Source: an uncultured Verrucomicrobiae bacterium (GTDB taxonomy: Bacteria; Verrucomicrobiota; Verrucomicrobiia; Limisphaerales; AAA164-E04). From it: 64,000 nt of DNA. The stretch spans positions 635 through 64,634 of the forward strand of contig CALSPN010000046.1 of assembly GCA_943788245.1 (NCBI GenBank), written 5' to 3'. The notes beneath the pieces were generated by a model. That model was not told where the DNA came from. It was given only the letters and a program-made list of their open reading frames with translations, and searched no databases. Positions 48,118-58,514 of this stretch are shown here, one piece after another (positions within the stretch are counted from its first letter, which is position 1; every line of letters starts with the position of its first letter). The translations under genes were made by a program, and so were the position numbers.

Positions 48118-50105
48118 TTATTTGGCCGCTGCTTCGCTTCTGGTCTTTTGAGAGGTTGCCGGACAAACCTCCATTGCTTTTTCGACTGTGTCTTTGGCTG
48201 TCAATCCGTATTTGTTTCTCAGGTCAGCAACAGACGTCGCGTGCTCGACGAACTGGTCAGGCCATCCGACGCGCAGAACCGGTGTGGTGACCTGCTTGTC
48301 ACCATAAAGTTCCATGACGGTTGACCCATAGCCGCCAGGCAAGTTATGATCTTCCATCGTGATGACCAAATCCGCTGCCTGCCCATAGAAAAGGGTCGTC
48401 GCTTCATCGATTGGTTTGGTAAATCGTGGGTTGATGACTGCGACGTCATAGTTGTTTTCAACCAGCGTGTCTGCTGCTTCACGGGCCATGGAATTCAAAT
48501 TGCCCAGACCAAAGATGGCAATCTTGAGTCGATTGTTGTTTTCGAAATTACGGATGACTTCGGCTTTGCCAACTCTCCAGTAACTTGGGTTCATCCTTAA
48601 TATCGACGCCTTCTGCAGCGCCGCGTGGGTAGCGAATGAAGGTAGGATGTTTGCAGTGCGTTGCAGTGAACATCATATCAGCCAACTCATCTTCATCCTT
48701 TGGCGCCATGGCGATTATGTTGGGGACACATCGCAGGTAGGCTATGTCGAACAGTCCGTGATGAGTAGGACCATCTTGAGGGGAAAGGCCTGCACGATCC
48801 ATGCAGAAAATGACAGGCAAATCCTGCAGAGCTGCATCGTGTATAATGCAGTCGAAGGCCCGCTGCATGAATGAACTGTAAATTGCGACGACAGGATGAA
48901 GTCCCATGGTAGCCATTCCGCAGGCAAAAATAACGGCATGTTCCTCTGCGATGCCTACATCGAAATAACGGTCAGGCATTTCTTTTTCCAGGAATTTTAA
49001 ACCTGTGCCGGTGGGCATGGCTGCAGTGATCCCAACCAGGGTGCTATTTTTTTTGCAGAGTTCGACCAGTTTTTTACCAAAGACATCCTGCCAGGCAGGT
49101 GGGCCGCTTTTTCCCTTGATGGCAACACCGGTTTTGATGTCGTAAGGTCCGACACCGTGCAATTTTTCAGGATGATTAACGGCTGCTTCATACCCTTTGC
49201 CCTTCTGGGTCATGACGTGCAGTACGATCGGCTGATCGCATGATTTTGCAAACTCAAGTGCTGCTATCAGCATAGGTAAGTTATGGCCATCAATAGGGCC
49301 GAGGTATCTCAGGCCCATTTCTTCAAAGATCAGGCTGCTGCCAAATCCACCGCGTCCATCTACATCCCCCTTGTTGGCTGATTCTTCAAGCACCAGGTTG
49401 GAGACTGTTCCCTTCAGTACTTCTTCGGCTTTATGGCCCAGTTTCAATGCCAGATCACCCTTGGGGATCTTCTTCATCAAACGCTGGAAATCCTTCTGCA
49501 ATCGATTGTAGGAAGGGTTGGTGATCAGTTTGTTGAGATATTGAGCGATCGCACCCACATTTTTCGCAATGGACCATTCGTTGTCATTGAGGATGCCAAT
49601 GAATTTCTTGGTGGAGTGTCCAATGTTGTTAAGGGCTTCGAAAGAAATTCCGTTGGTGAGTGCTGCGTCCCCAAAGATGGCAACGACATTTTCATCCGTG
49701 CCTTGCTGATCTCGGGCGACAGCGATTCCCAGAGCAGCAGAAAGCGCGGTCCCCGCGTGGGCAGCGCCGTAACTGTCATGCTCACTCTCGGATCTGAGAG
49801 CAAAACCATTCAGACCATCCGTGGTTCGGATGGTATTGAAGCGTTCCTTTCGCCCTGTGAAGAGCTTGTGAACGTAGGTCTGGTGGCTTACGTCCCCAGA
49901 CAAACTTGTCATGGGGCGTGCTGAAACAGCGGTGCAGAGCAATGCTCAATTCCACTACCCCCAGGTTTGGGCCAAGATGGCCTCCGTGTTTCGATAAACC
50001 CTGAATTAGTTCCTGTCGGACATCATCCGCCAAGCTCTGTAATTGATCCAAAGTCAGCTTTTTGATGTGCTCCGGGCTGTCTACCATGTCCAAATAACGA
50101 CTCAT
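48118..50105 (-). pseudogene. dxs: 1-deoxy-D-xylulose-5-phosphate synthase, split into three ORFs by two single-base frameshifts
   Basis: N-terminal ORF ...GGHLGPNLGVVELSIALHRCFSTPHDKFVW|. Middle ORF |DVSHQTYVHKLFTGRKERF...GHAGTALSAALG...FDVGIAEEHAV...DGPTHHG. C-terminal ORF VGKAEVIRN...IAIFGLG.... The junctions are an extra G in TGGGGA (the + strand C-run at 49894-49897) and an extra A in GAG-A-GTT (+ strand ~48574). Confidence 0.9.
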
Positions 50106-50133
50106 ATACGACTTAATTGATAAGGTGGATGAT

Positions 50134-50413
50134 TATTCGGAATCCTCTTCCAGTGTCAATGGTTTGAGGCCAAATTCACCCTCACTTTTGGATTCCAATA
50201 GCTGAATGCGTTCTTCAGCTTTTTCAGTTTGTTCTGGCACACCTGCTGCAAACGAACGCCTTCCTCATGGCACTCCAGAAGTTTTTCGAGAGGTAAGGAC
50301 TCTTTTTCCATTGCATCCACAATGGTTTCCAGTTGCTTCAAGGCTTCTTCAAAGGAAAGCTCATCCAACTTTCCTTGGTCACTCTTGCTTGTTTTGGGTG
50401 CTTTGGCCACCAA
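50134..50413 (-). CDS. xseB: Exodeoxyribonuclease VII small subunit. The C-terminal tail is frameshifted at an A5 run; the coordinates given use the corrected stop.
   Basis: LSFEEALKQLETIVDAMEKESLPLEKLLECHEEGVRLQQVCQNKLKK. The annotated frame then reads LKNAFSYWNPKV..., while the -1 frame reads AEERIQLLESKSEGEFGLKPLTLEEDSE*, a typical XseB tail. The switch is at AAAAA (+ strand T-run 50220-50224). The corrected stop lies 28 nt upstream of the dxs ATG. Confidence 0.8.
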
Positions 50414-50530
50414 TGTATATTACCTTAGAACTAGCTGCTAGTCCATCATGTTTCTTTTTTGTGAAAAACCTTTCTCATTGCTTGAACTCCCCCCTTGAGG
50501 CAGAGTCAAGCATCAAGAATTTCTCGTGTT

Positions 50531-53500
50531 ATGACATCATTATTCAATTTGTGGTTGCGAGGTTCAACTACCATGATCTCCCGATGGGCTTGTGGGTGTG
50601 GTTGCTTATACCTGTCACTCCTGATTCAAGCGGAAGAAAACATCCAGTTTAATCGTGATATCCGCCCGATTCTCTCCGAGAATTGCTTCGAATGCCACGG
50701 TCCAGACCAAGCCCAGCGCAAGGGCGGATTGAGATTGGATACTCTTGCAGGTGCAACGGAGGATCTGGGGGGCAGCGCTGCAATCGTGCCTGGCAAACCT
50801 GAAGCAAGTTTGCTCGTTTCGCGAATAAAGACCCATGACAAGGATGACGTCATGCCTCCTGCTGAGACGGGTAAGGAAGTCTCCGCTGAGGAGCTACGGC
50901 TGCTTGAAAGATGGATTCAAGAGGGTGCAGGTTACCAAATTCACTGGTCTTACGAGCTACCAGCACCTCCTCAGCCTCCGGTGATCGAAGCTGATTCCGT
51001 TTTGATTTCCAATGCAATTGACCAGTTTATCCTCAAAAGATTGCACGAAAACGGATTGGAGCAATCTCAAATGGCTGATCGCTACAGCCTTGCAAGAAGA
51101 GTAGCCTTGGATCTAACCGGACTTCCACCCACTCTGGAAGAGGCCGAACGTTATGTCCAAGACACGGATGTGCGGGCCTTCGAGCATTATGTAGATCGTC
51201 TTCTGAAAAAGGAGGCTTTTGGTGAGCATTGGGCTCGTCATTGGCTGGATCAGGCCCGGTATGCGGATTCGGCGGGTTATGCAGACGACCCTCCTCGGAC
51301 GATTTGGGGTTATCGTGACTATGTGACCCAATCCTTCAATGACAACAAGCCTTTCGATACCTTCACGATCGAGCAACTTGCTGGAGATCTACTTCCCAAT
51401 CCCACTGAAGAACAACGGATTGCGACTGCTTTCCACCGCAATACCATGACCAATAACGAAGGTGGAACCAATGATGAAGAATTTCGTAATGTTGCCATTG
51501 TGGATCGTGTCAACACCACTTGGGCGGTTTGGATGGGGACGACCATGGCGTGTGCTCAGTGTCACACCCACAAATATGATCCCATTTCGCAGGAAGAATA
51601 CTTTCGGTTCTTCGATATCCTCAATCAAACGGAAGATGCGGATAAACGCAACGAAGCTCCTCTGATTACGCTTCACACTGAGGAACACAAAAAGCGGATC
51701 AAAGAATTAAAAGGCGAACAAACAAATCTTCAGCAAATCTTGAAAAGTTCTTCAATCGAGATTGATGCAGGCAGGCGCGAATGGGAAAAAATGCTGCTAT
51801 CAAGTCCGGAATGGTCCGTTCTGCATCCTGACCGTTGGTCTGTAAGCGAGGGAGAAAGCCTCCTAGTTGATGATGATCACGTGATTCGTGCTCCCTCACC
51901 AAGTCAACATGCTGACTATCACCTCGAGTTTTCGGTTTCTGAGGACAAAGCATTCACCGGCTTGAAATTGGAAACCATACCGCAGAAAGATTTACCCAAA
52001 GGTGGAGCAGGGTTTGCGGATGGAAATTTTGTCTTATCCGGCATTGATGTCAAATTGTTGCCTTCATCAGGAAATGAAATCTCAGGGCGTTACCTGCGAT
52101 TGCGATTAAAGGGGGAGAATAAGATCCTCTCCTTGGCTGAAGTGCAGGTTTTTCGGGGAGATACCAATTTGGCACTGAATGGCGAGGCAACGCAAAGTAC
52201 GACTGATTTTGGAGGCAGCGCTGATTTGGCGATTGATGGCAATGTGGATGGAAATTACGCAGGTGCCAAGAGCACTACCCACAGTGCCATTTCCAGCGAT
52301 CCCTGGTGGGAACTTGATTTGGGTAAATCAGAATCGATCGATCGTATTGCTGTCTGGAATCGGACCGACGGTAACATTCAGAGTCGACTGGATGGTGCGA
52401 TGATTGAGTTATTGGACGCGTCTCGCAATAAAGTGTGGTCTGAAGTGCTGAATAAGGCCCCCAAAAAAAGCGTTTCCTTCGGACTGGACGGCGCGCGAGC
52501 TATTACTTTTGCAAAAGCCTATGCGAGTTTTTCTCAAAAGGGGTTTCATGCATCCAATCTGGTTGAAGAGAAAAATCAACAATCTCCAGGCTGGGCTATT
52601 GCTCCGCAGGTCAAGCAACCTCATCATCTGACGTTACTCGCTGATAACACGGTTGAACTCACAGCTGGCAGTAAATTATCCATCAGCCTCCGTCACAGTG
52701 CCAGCATTGCAGACTCAAACCTGGGTGCTTTTCGATTATCCATGACTTCTGATGAGGAAGCCTTACTTAGGGAAATGACACCTATGACCATTCTCAGTTT
52801 GGTCAAAAAGCCTGTTCAGGACCGGGATCCAGCAGATCAAAAGCGTATTCTTGATTATTATCTTACCGTAGCACCATCTCTGGATGATGAACGTATGCGA
52901 CTGGCAGCCATCGAAAAGGAAATAAATAGTATCAAGCCCTACACCACCGTCCCCGTTCTGAAAGCTCTAAATCAGAACCAGCGCCGTGAAACTCGCATTC
53001 AGCGAAGAGGGAATTACTTGGACAAAACAGATTTGGTGCAGCCCGGCATTCCGGCGGTTTTTGCATCCAGCCTTTCTGAAGTGCCGCGTGACCGGTTGTC
53101 CGTCGCCAAGTGGTTGGTCAGTCGCGATAACCCATTGACAGCTCGCGTCATTGCGAATCGACTTTGGGAATCCTTGTTCGGCCTTGGGTTGGTGCGTAGT
53201 AGTGAGGAATTCGGAGCCCAAGGCGACCTGCCTTCGCATCCCGATTTGCTGGACTGGCTTGCTGTCGAGTTCATGGACAGTGGCTGGGATATCAAGCACA
53301 TGCTGAAATTGATCGTGACCTCGGCAACTTACTGTCAATCCTCGAAAGTTACTCCTTCGCAGCTGGCTGCTGACCGGGACAATCAGTGGTTGGCACGTGG
53401 CCCTCGAGTGCGTCTTTCGGCTGAATCGATTCGAGATCAGGCTCTCTTTGCGAGCGGTTTGCTGAGCAATAAAATGTTTGGCCCATCGGTGAATCCGCCC

Positions 53501-54028
53501 CAACCTAAACTAGGTCTCAGCGCCGCTTTCGGAGGGGGAATTGATTGGAAAACGAGTGAAGGAGAGGATCGCTACAGACGCGGCCTTTACACGACATGGC
53601 GGCGCTCCAATCCTTACCCTTCAATGGCAACCTTTGACGCTCCGAACCGTGAGGTTTGTATCTTGAAAAGAGACCGCAGCAATACTCCATTGCAGGCACT
53701 TGTCACTCTCAATGACCCTGCTTTTGTTGAAACGGCCCAGGCCCTTGCACGGCGCATGTCAAAATCGGCTGCAAATCCTGCAGGTAAGATCAATCATGGA
53801 TTTCGACTTTGTCTGACAAGACCTCCATCCAAACAGGAACAATCCTATTTACTTAAGCTTTATACCGAGGCTTACTCTACCTACGTGGACCTTGAGAAAG
53901 AGGCCTTTACCCTGGCGGGACAGATGGTAGATCAGATTTCGCCCGAAGAGGACGTGCGCGATCTTGCGGCATTAACATTGGTTGCCAACGTATTGTTGAA
54001 TCTCGATGAGGTATTAATGAAACGGTAA
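50531..54028 (+). CDS. PSCyt1 (planctomycete cytochrome c) - DUF1549 - F5/8 type C discoidin - DUF1553 protein
   Basis: FNRDIRPILSENCFECHGPDQAQRKGGLRLD (CxxCH). DUF1549-like RRVALDLTGLPPT...WLDQARYADS. Discoidin insert LAIDGNVDGNY...DPWWELDLGKSESIDRIAVWNRTD. DUF1553-like C-terminus DAPNREVC...RSNTPLQAL. The start is uncertain: ATG 50531, ATG 50573 or TTG 50495. Confidence 0.85.
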   Translation: MTSLFNLWLRGSTTMISRWACGCGCLYLSLLIQAEENIQFNRDIRPILSENCFECHGPDQAQRKGGLRLDTLAGATEDLGGSAAIVPGKPEASLLVSRIKTHDKDDVMPPAETGKEVSAEELRLLERWIQEGAGYQIHWSYELPAPPQPPVIEADSVLISNAIDQFILKRLHENGLEQSQMADRYSLARRVALDLTGLPPTLEEAERYVQDTDVRAFEHYVDRLLKKEAFGEHWARHWLDQARYADSAGYADDPPRTIWGYRDYVTQSFNDNKPFDTFTIEQLAGDLLPNPTEEQRIATAFHRNTMTNNEGGTNDEEFRNVAIVDRVNTTWAVWMGTTMACAQCHTHKYDPISQEEYFRFFDILNQTEDADKRNEAPLITLHTEEHKKRIKELKGEQTNLQQILKSSSIEIDAGRREWEKMLLSSPEWSVLHPDRWSVSEGESLLVDDDHVIRAPSPSQHADYHLEFSVSEDKAFTGLKLETIPQKDLPKGGAGFADGNFVLSGIDVKLLPSSGNEISGRYLRLRLKGENKILSLAEVQVFRGDTNLALNGEATQSTTDFGGSADLAIDGNVDGNYAGAKSTTHSAISSDPWWELDLGKSESIDRIAVWNRTDGNIQSRLDGAMIELLDASRNKVWSEVLNKAPKKSVSFGLDGARAITFAKAYASFSQKGFHASNLVEEKNQQSPGWAIAPQVKQPHHLTLLADNTVELTAGSKLSISLRHSASIADSNLGAFRLSMTSDEEALLREMTPMTILSLVKKPVQDRDPADQKRILDYYLTVAPSLDDERMRLAAIEKEINSIKPYTTVPVLKALNQNQRRETRIQRRGNYLDKTDLVQPGIPAVFASSLSEVPRDRLSVAKWLVSRDNPLTARVIANRLWESLFGLGLVRSSEEFGAQGDLPSHPDLLDWLAVEFMDSGWDIKHMLKLIVTSATYCQSSKVTPSQLAADRDNQWLARGPRVRLSAESIRDQALFASGLLSNKMFGPSVNPPQPKLGLSAAFGGGIDWKTSEGEDRYRRGLYTTWRRSNPYPSMATFDAPNREVCILKRDRSNTPLQALVTLNDPAFVETAQALARRMSKSAANPAGKINHGFRLCLTRPPSKQEQSYLLKLYTEAYSTYVDLEKEAFTLAGQMVDQISPEEDVRDLAALTLVANVLLNLDEVLMKR

Positions 54029-54050
54029 ATGGAAATTGGATTATACACTT

Positions 54051-55523
54051 ATGCAAACAGAAAACCCCATGAATCCAGCTCAGCAGTTTTTGAGGAATCG
54101 TACCAGGAGGCATTTTTTCAAAGAATCTTCCGCAGGCATTGGTGCCATAGCGCTCTCTGATTTGCTTTCGAATGATACAGCGGCATCCGCCGCAAAAGGG
54201 ATTGAAAACCCTCTGCGTTTGAAGCCCTCGCATTTTGCTCCCAAGGCAAAACAGGTTATTTATTTGCATCTGACCGGATCGCCCCCTCATTTGGATCTTT
54301 TTGATTACAAACCTGAACTGGTCAAACGCAACGATCAGGATTGTCCTGATGCCTTTCTCAAAGGGAAACGGTTTGCGTTCACTTCGGGTGTGCCCAAACT
54401 CATGGGGACGCCTCGAACTTTCAAGCGATACGGGCAAGGTGGCGTTTGGCTATCAGATGCGTTGCCCAATCTTCAGGAAGTGGCCGACGAACTCTGTGTC
54501 ATACGTTCAATGCACACAGACCAATTCAACCATGCACCTGCGGAATTATTAGTTTACACCGGATCTCCTCGTCCGGGGCGTCCATCCATTGGCTCATGGG
54601 TTACTTACGGTCTGGGAAGCGAGAACCAAAACCTGCCAGGATTTGTCGTCTTGATTTCAAGTGGAGTGCAGCCCAATGGCGGGCGCAATTCTTATGGAAG
54701 CGGATTCCTGCCGTCTGTCTACCAAGGTGTTCAATGCCGATCCAAAGGAGACCCTGTCCTATTCGCATCCGACCCGGCTGGGCTTCCGCGAGATTTACGT
54801 CGAAGCAGTCTCGACACACTGAATGCACTGAATGCCCTTCAGGCCGATGAATACGGGCATCCCGAGACCTTGACTCGTATGGCTCAGTATGAACTGGCCT
54901 TCCGAATGCAGACATCGGTTCCCGAAGTAATGGATATTTCCAAGGAAAAAGAAGGGACATTGGAGGATTACGGAGCTCAGCCTGGAAAAGCGAGCTTCGC
55001 TAACAATTGTCTCCTGGCTCGTCGCTTGGTAGAGCAGGGGGTGCGTTATGTGCAGTTGTTTGACTGGGGATGGGATTTTCACGGAACTGGGCCCGGTGAG
55101 GATATTCGTGACGGGTTGACCAATAAATGTGCCACCATGGAAAAACCTGTTGCAGCACTCATTCGAGACCTTCGCCAGCGAGGTATGTTGGACGAGACAT
55201 TGATAGTATTGGGCGGTGAATTCGGGCGTACGCCATTTCGAGAAGGGCGCACTGCAAAAGGCGATATTTTGGGACGCGATCATTTCCCTGATTGCTATTC
55301 GATGATGTTGGCGGGTGGCGGAATCAAAGGGGGTATGACCTATGGTTCATCTGATGAATTGGGCTTCAGCGTTGCCGAAAATCCTGTCCACATCCATGAC
55401 TTGCAGGCAACTCTCTTGCATCAATTAGGCTTCGATCATGAGCAATTGACTTTCCGTTTTCAAGGACGAGACTACCGCTTGACCGACGTTGCAGGTGAGG
55501 TCGTTACTCCCATCTTGGCATGA
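54051..55523 (+). CDS. DUF1501 (sulfatase-fold) protein with a Tat-like signal
   Basis: RRHFFKESSAGIGAIAL twin-arginine leader, with the typical HTDQFNHAP, DWGWDFHG and GGEFGRTP motifs. It is the usual partner of the upstream DUF1553 gene. Confidence 0.85.
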   Translation: MQTENPMNPAQQFLRNRTRRHFFKESSAGIGAIALSDLLSNDTAASAAKGIENPLRLKPSHFAPKAKQVIYLHLTGSPPHLDLFDYKPELVKRNDQDCPDAFLKGKRFAFTSGVPKLMGTPRTFKRYGQGGVWLSDALPNLQEVADELCVIRSMHTDQFNHAPAELLVYTGSPRPGRPSIGSWVTYGLGSENQNLPGFVVLISSGVQPNGGRNSYGSGFLPSVYQGVQCRSKGDPVLFASDPAGLPRDLRRSSLDTLNALNALQADEYGHPETLTRMAQYELAFRMQTSVPEVMDISKEKEGTLEDYGAQPGKASFANNCLLARRLVEQGVRYVQLFDWGWDFHGTGPGEDIRDGLTNKCATMEKPVAALIRDLRQRGMLDETLIVLGGEFGRTPFREGRTAKGDILGRDHFPDCYSMMLAGGGIKGGMTYGSSDELGFSVAENPVHIHDLQATLLHQLGFDHEQLTFRFQGRDYRLTDVAGEVVTPILA

Positions 55524-55545
55524 TGATTAGCAGGAGGGTAGGCTG

Positions 55546-58201
55546 CTAATCGAAGATGGCATGCAGGTGGATTTGATCGGGCGCGGTGGTATCAATCGTA
55601 ATCTGTCGAGTGATCGTTTCCCTGTTTGACCATCGTTGAAAGGATCGACCTTCGTTTGCAATGGCGGTAGCCACAACTGGTATTCCTTTGAAATAAATAC
55701 CACGATCATTTGGCAGGGATTGGCTGGTGATGGAGTTTATCAGGATATGGCCGGCATCCTGCGGTTCTACCGTTGTGATGATTTCACAGGTTCCATTCTT
55801 GAGGTTGAAATGATCCATCAAATCCTTTCGGAGTTTATCTGGGCGACTCTCAGCAAATTCCCTCAAATCGTCTATGTTCTTTTCCCATTGTTGAGTGTTG
55901 AATGGCACATCTTCTTCATCAAAAGGTGAACCATGATTGCGTTCCAATAATGAAAACCAACTCCAGCGCGCAAGGTGTTCAGGCATTTCGCCTCTGATCA
56001 CGGATGCCATCTCATTAATGATGTCAACGACGCGTTGGCTTTCGAAATCGGTATTTAAAAGATCTGCACATCGATTGATGAACTGGATTTTGAAGCTATC
56101 ATTCTCCAGCATTTTTCTTAACAAAAGGGTGCGTCCTGATGCATTGGGCCATCCTGTGCCTGATCCGGAAGTGTTCGTGTAAAATTCGAACATATTGTTA
56201 TAATCAGAAAAATCACGCTTCATTGCCGGGAGATAGACCTCAGGTGGCCAGAGGTTGAACCCGTAATCCTGATCATAAAGCATCCATCTGAAGGTTCCAT
56301 CGTTTCGATGACGCCATTGCTTGATATTGCCAATATCAAAGTTCTGGAAATAGATAACGGCGAGATGGTAGTCGGTAAAACTGGAAACATCGATATAATC
56401 CCTGATCACACGCTCATAGCGCGTGTTGGATCTTAGTGAACCTCCCTCCAGGTAACTTCTCATTCTATTGTAATGAGTGGAAGTACCCTTATTGGCTGAA
56501 CCATACCCTTCAATTAAATCAATTTGATCAGCATCAACGGTATGATGGGATGCGACGTAATGTTCATTTAATTTTTCACGCAGATTGTAAATTCCCCAAT
56601 AGTCGCCATTGAGGTAAACGATGACTGGTCGGTAAGCTTGTTGATCCACATTTAAATGATCGGCTGCATGTTGCATCATGGCATCCCTCATCAATGTATA
56701 ATTGCCGTTCACAAAATAGCTTCCGTTTGAACGCCGGCGTCCAAAAGCATTGATTTCAGATCGAGGTGGAATCTGATGGGTGCTTTGATTATCATTCCCT
56801 GAATTTCGCAGTATGAATGATTCAAACTCTTCCAAGCTCCATTTCCGGGAAAAGAGGATATCGAACCTTGCCTTTTCCGTATTTGCTTCGCGCGAAGAAT
56901 GAGAGGGATTTTTGTGGATAGCCACGTGAACCCCATCCTCCAAAGATTTTGACGCCCAGTTTTTGTTGGAAACCGAGCTCACCATCAGGTTCGTAGAGTT
57001 CTAAGGAGACTGGGATTTCCCGGTCACGCCATGCATTCGAGGCGGAGTAGGGGAAATTGGCGTTAACGGTCCCTCGATTGCTGAACATGTGATCCCCAAA
57101 CCCATAAAGAAAGCCATCTTCAATGTCGAAATGATGTGCGGGTGCAGCCAAAGAAATCACGGCAATGGAATGAGGGGAGCGAATGAAGAACGTGCCCGTC
57201 ACTTCGTCACTCTGGTTTCCATTCAAATCTACGCTTACGGCTCGCAGGACCGATGTTGAGTGCAGTGTAATGGGTGTGTCATAATCCAAACCATTTTCAA
57301 AAGGATCATCACCATTGATTGAATAACGAATACTCTGGTTTTCTGAGAGCGTGCTTAATTCAAGTTCGGTTGAAAGCGGGTAAAACCCTGGCTCACTGGA
57401 GAAAGATGGAGCCTCCACAAAAACAATCCCCTTGGCTGCGTTGATTTTTCCTGGAGTGGCTGAGGCTTTTTGAAATTGAAACCAGTCGGAGCCAGTTGAT
57501 TCAGCGCGTCCTAACGTGGTGTCATCATCCAAGCTGCCAATCCTTATGGCATCGACTACCTGTCCATGTGTGTTGCTTAACAAGAGAGTTTCACCGTTCG
57601 CACTGATTTTGAACGAGGTGTGGATTTCTGACCCTGAATCACGGCGATCTTTGCCGGAGGCGAATATTATTTGCAAATCTCCGGGTTTCAGTGATAAGTC
57701 CGGAAAAATCCACTTATTGCGTTCATCGACACTATCCGATAGTGACCAGCCTTGCAGAGAAACGTTTTCATCTCCTGAATTATAAAGTTCGATCCAATCT
57801 GAAAAATCACCATCCATATCTTCCAAAAGACTCGTATTGGCAGAGCAAATTTCAGAAATTATCACCCCTGAATTCGCCGTTGAGATGATATCGTCTGTTA
57901 CTTCGACTCTGTAAAACGCCATATTGTCCCCGGGAAGCAAAAGTTCGATTATCCACTTCGAGCTGCCGGGGGCAGACCTAGTGGCAGCGGGAATTTTAAC
58001 CCATGATTCTTCAGGGGCAGAGACTGATGAGGAAGTGAGGATCTGAAACTCTGGATTCTCGGAGATTGTTTGATAATCAACTGAAAAGACAAGCGTCCCG
58101 TTTTGATTGATATGTGCATCCCCAATAAAAGGTGCATCCGCACCTGCAGCGGTAAAAGCCAAAACCCCAAGAAGCGCTAAACATCGTAACATTATCCTCA
58201 T
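55546..58201 (-). pseudogene. Secreted lamin-tail-domain + CotH kinase family protein, split by one frameshift near 56825-56850
   Basis: Upstream ORF: signal peptide and LTD (VIISEICSANTS...DFSDWIELYNSGDENVSLQGWSLSD), then ...KSLSFFARSKYGKGKVRYPLFPE|. Downstream ORF: |(W)SLEEFESFILRNSGNDNQ...MRDAMMQH...VIVYLNGDYWGIYNLREK (CotH core). One extra base in GGAAATGGAGCTTGGAAG separates the frames. Confidence 0.8.
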
Positions 58202-58514
58202 TTAACTGGCACATGTATAATCAAGCCAAGTTAATTATCTTTGTGCTTTATTGATAACCAATAAAATCAGGGTTGCTTGCTGTGCTGCCCTGCATTTGAG
58301 AAAAAGCCCCCATCAAGTTTGCCTGGCCGTATTGGGGGACTCTCATTGCAGTGGTAGTTTTTTTGATTTTTGTATGGGCACTCCAGGCAGGGCGATGCAT
58401 GAGGCTCCGGGGCTACATTAGCCAAGAATGCTCAGCGATTTATTTTGCTGCTGGATCTACTGGGTAGAGGTTTATTCTGGCTCCGTCACCCCCCATGGAT
58501 GAAAAGATTCAAGA

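Noticed and set aside
58301-58340. Hairpin GCCCCCA...TGGGGGAC with an A5/T5 flank, as a terminator for the P450 gene
   Set aside because: The stem is only 6-7 bp with a 20-nt loop, and it lies 175 nt downstream of the stop. This is too weak to call.
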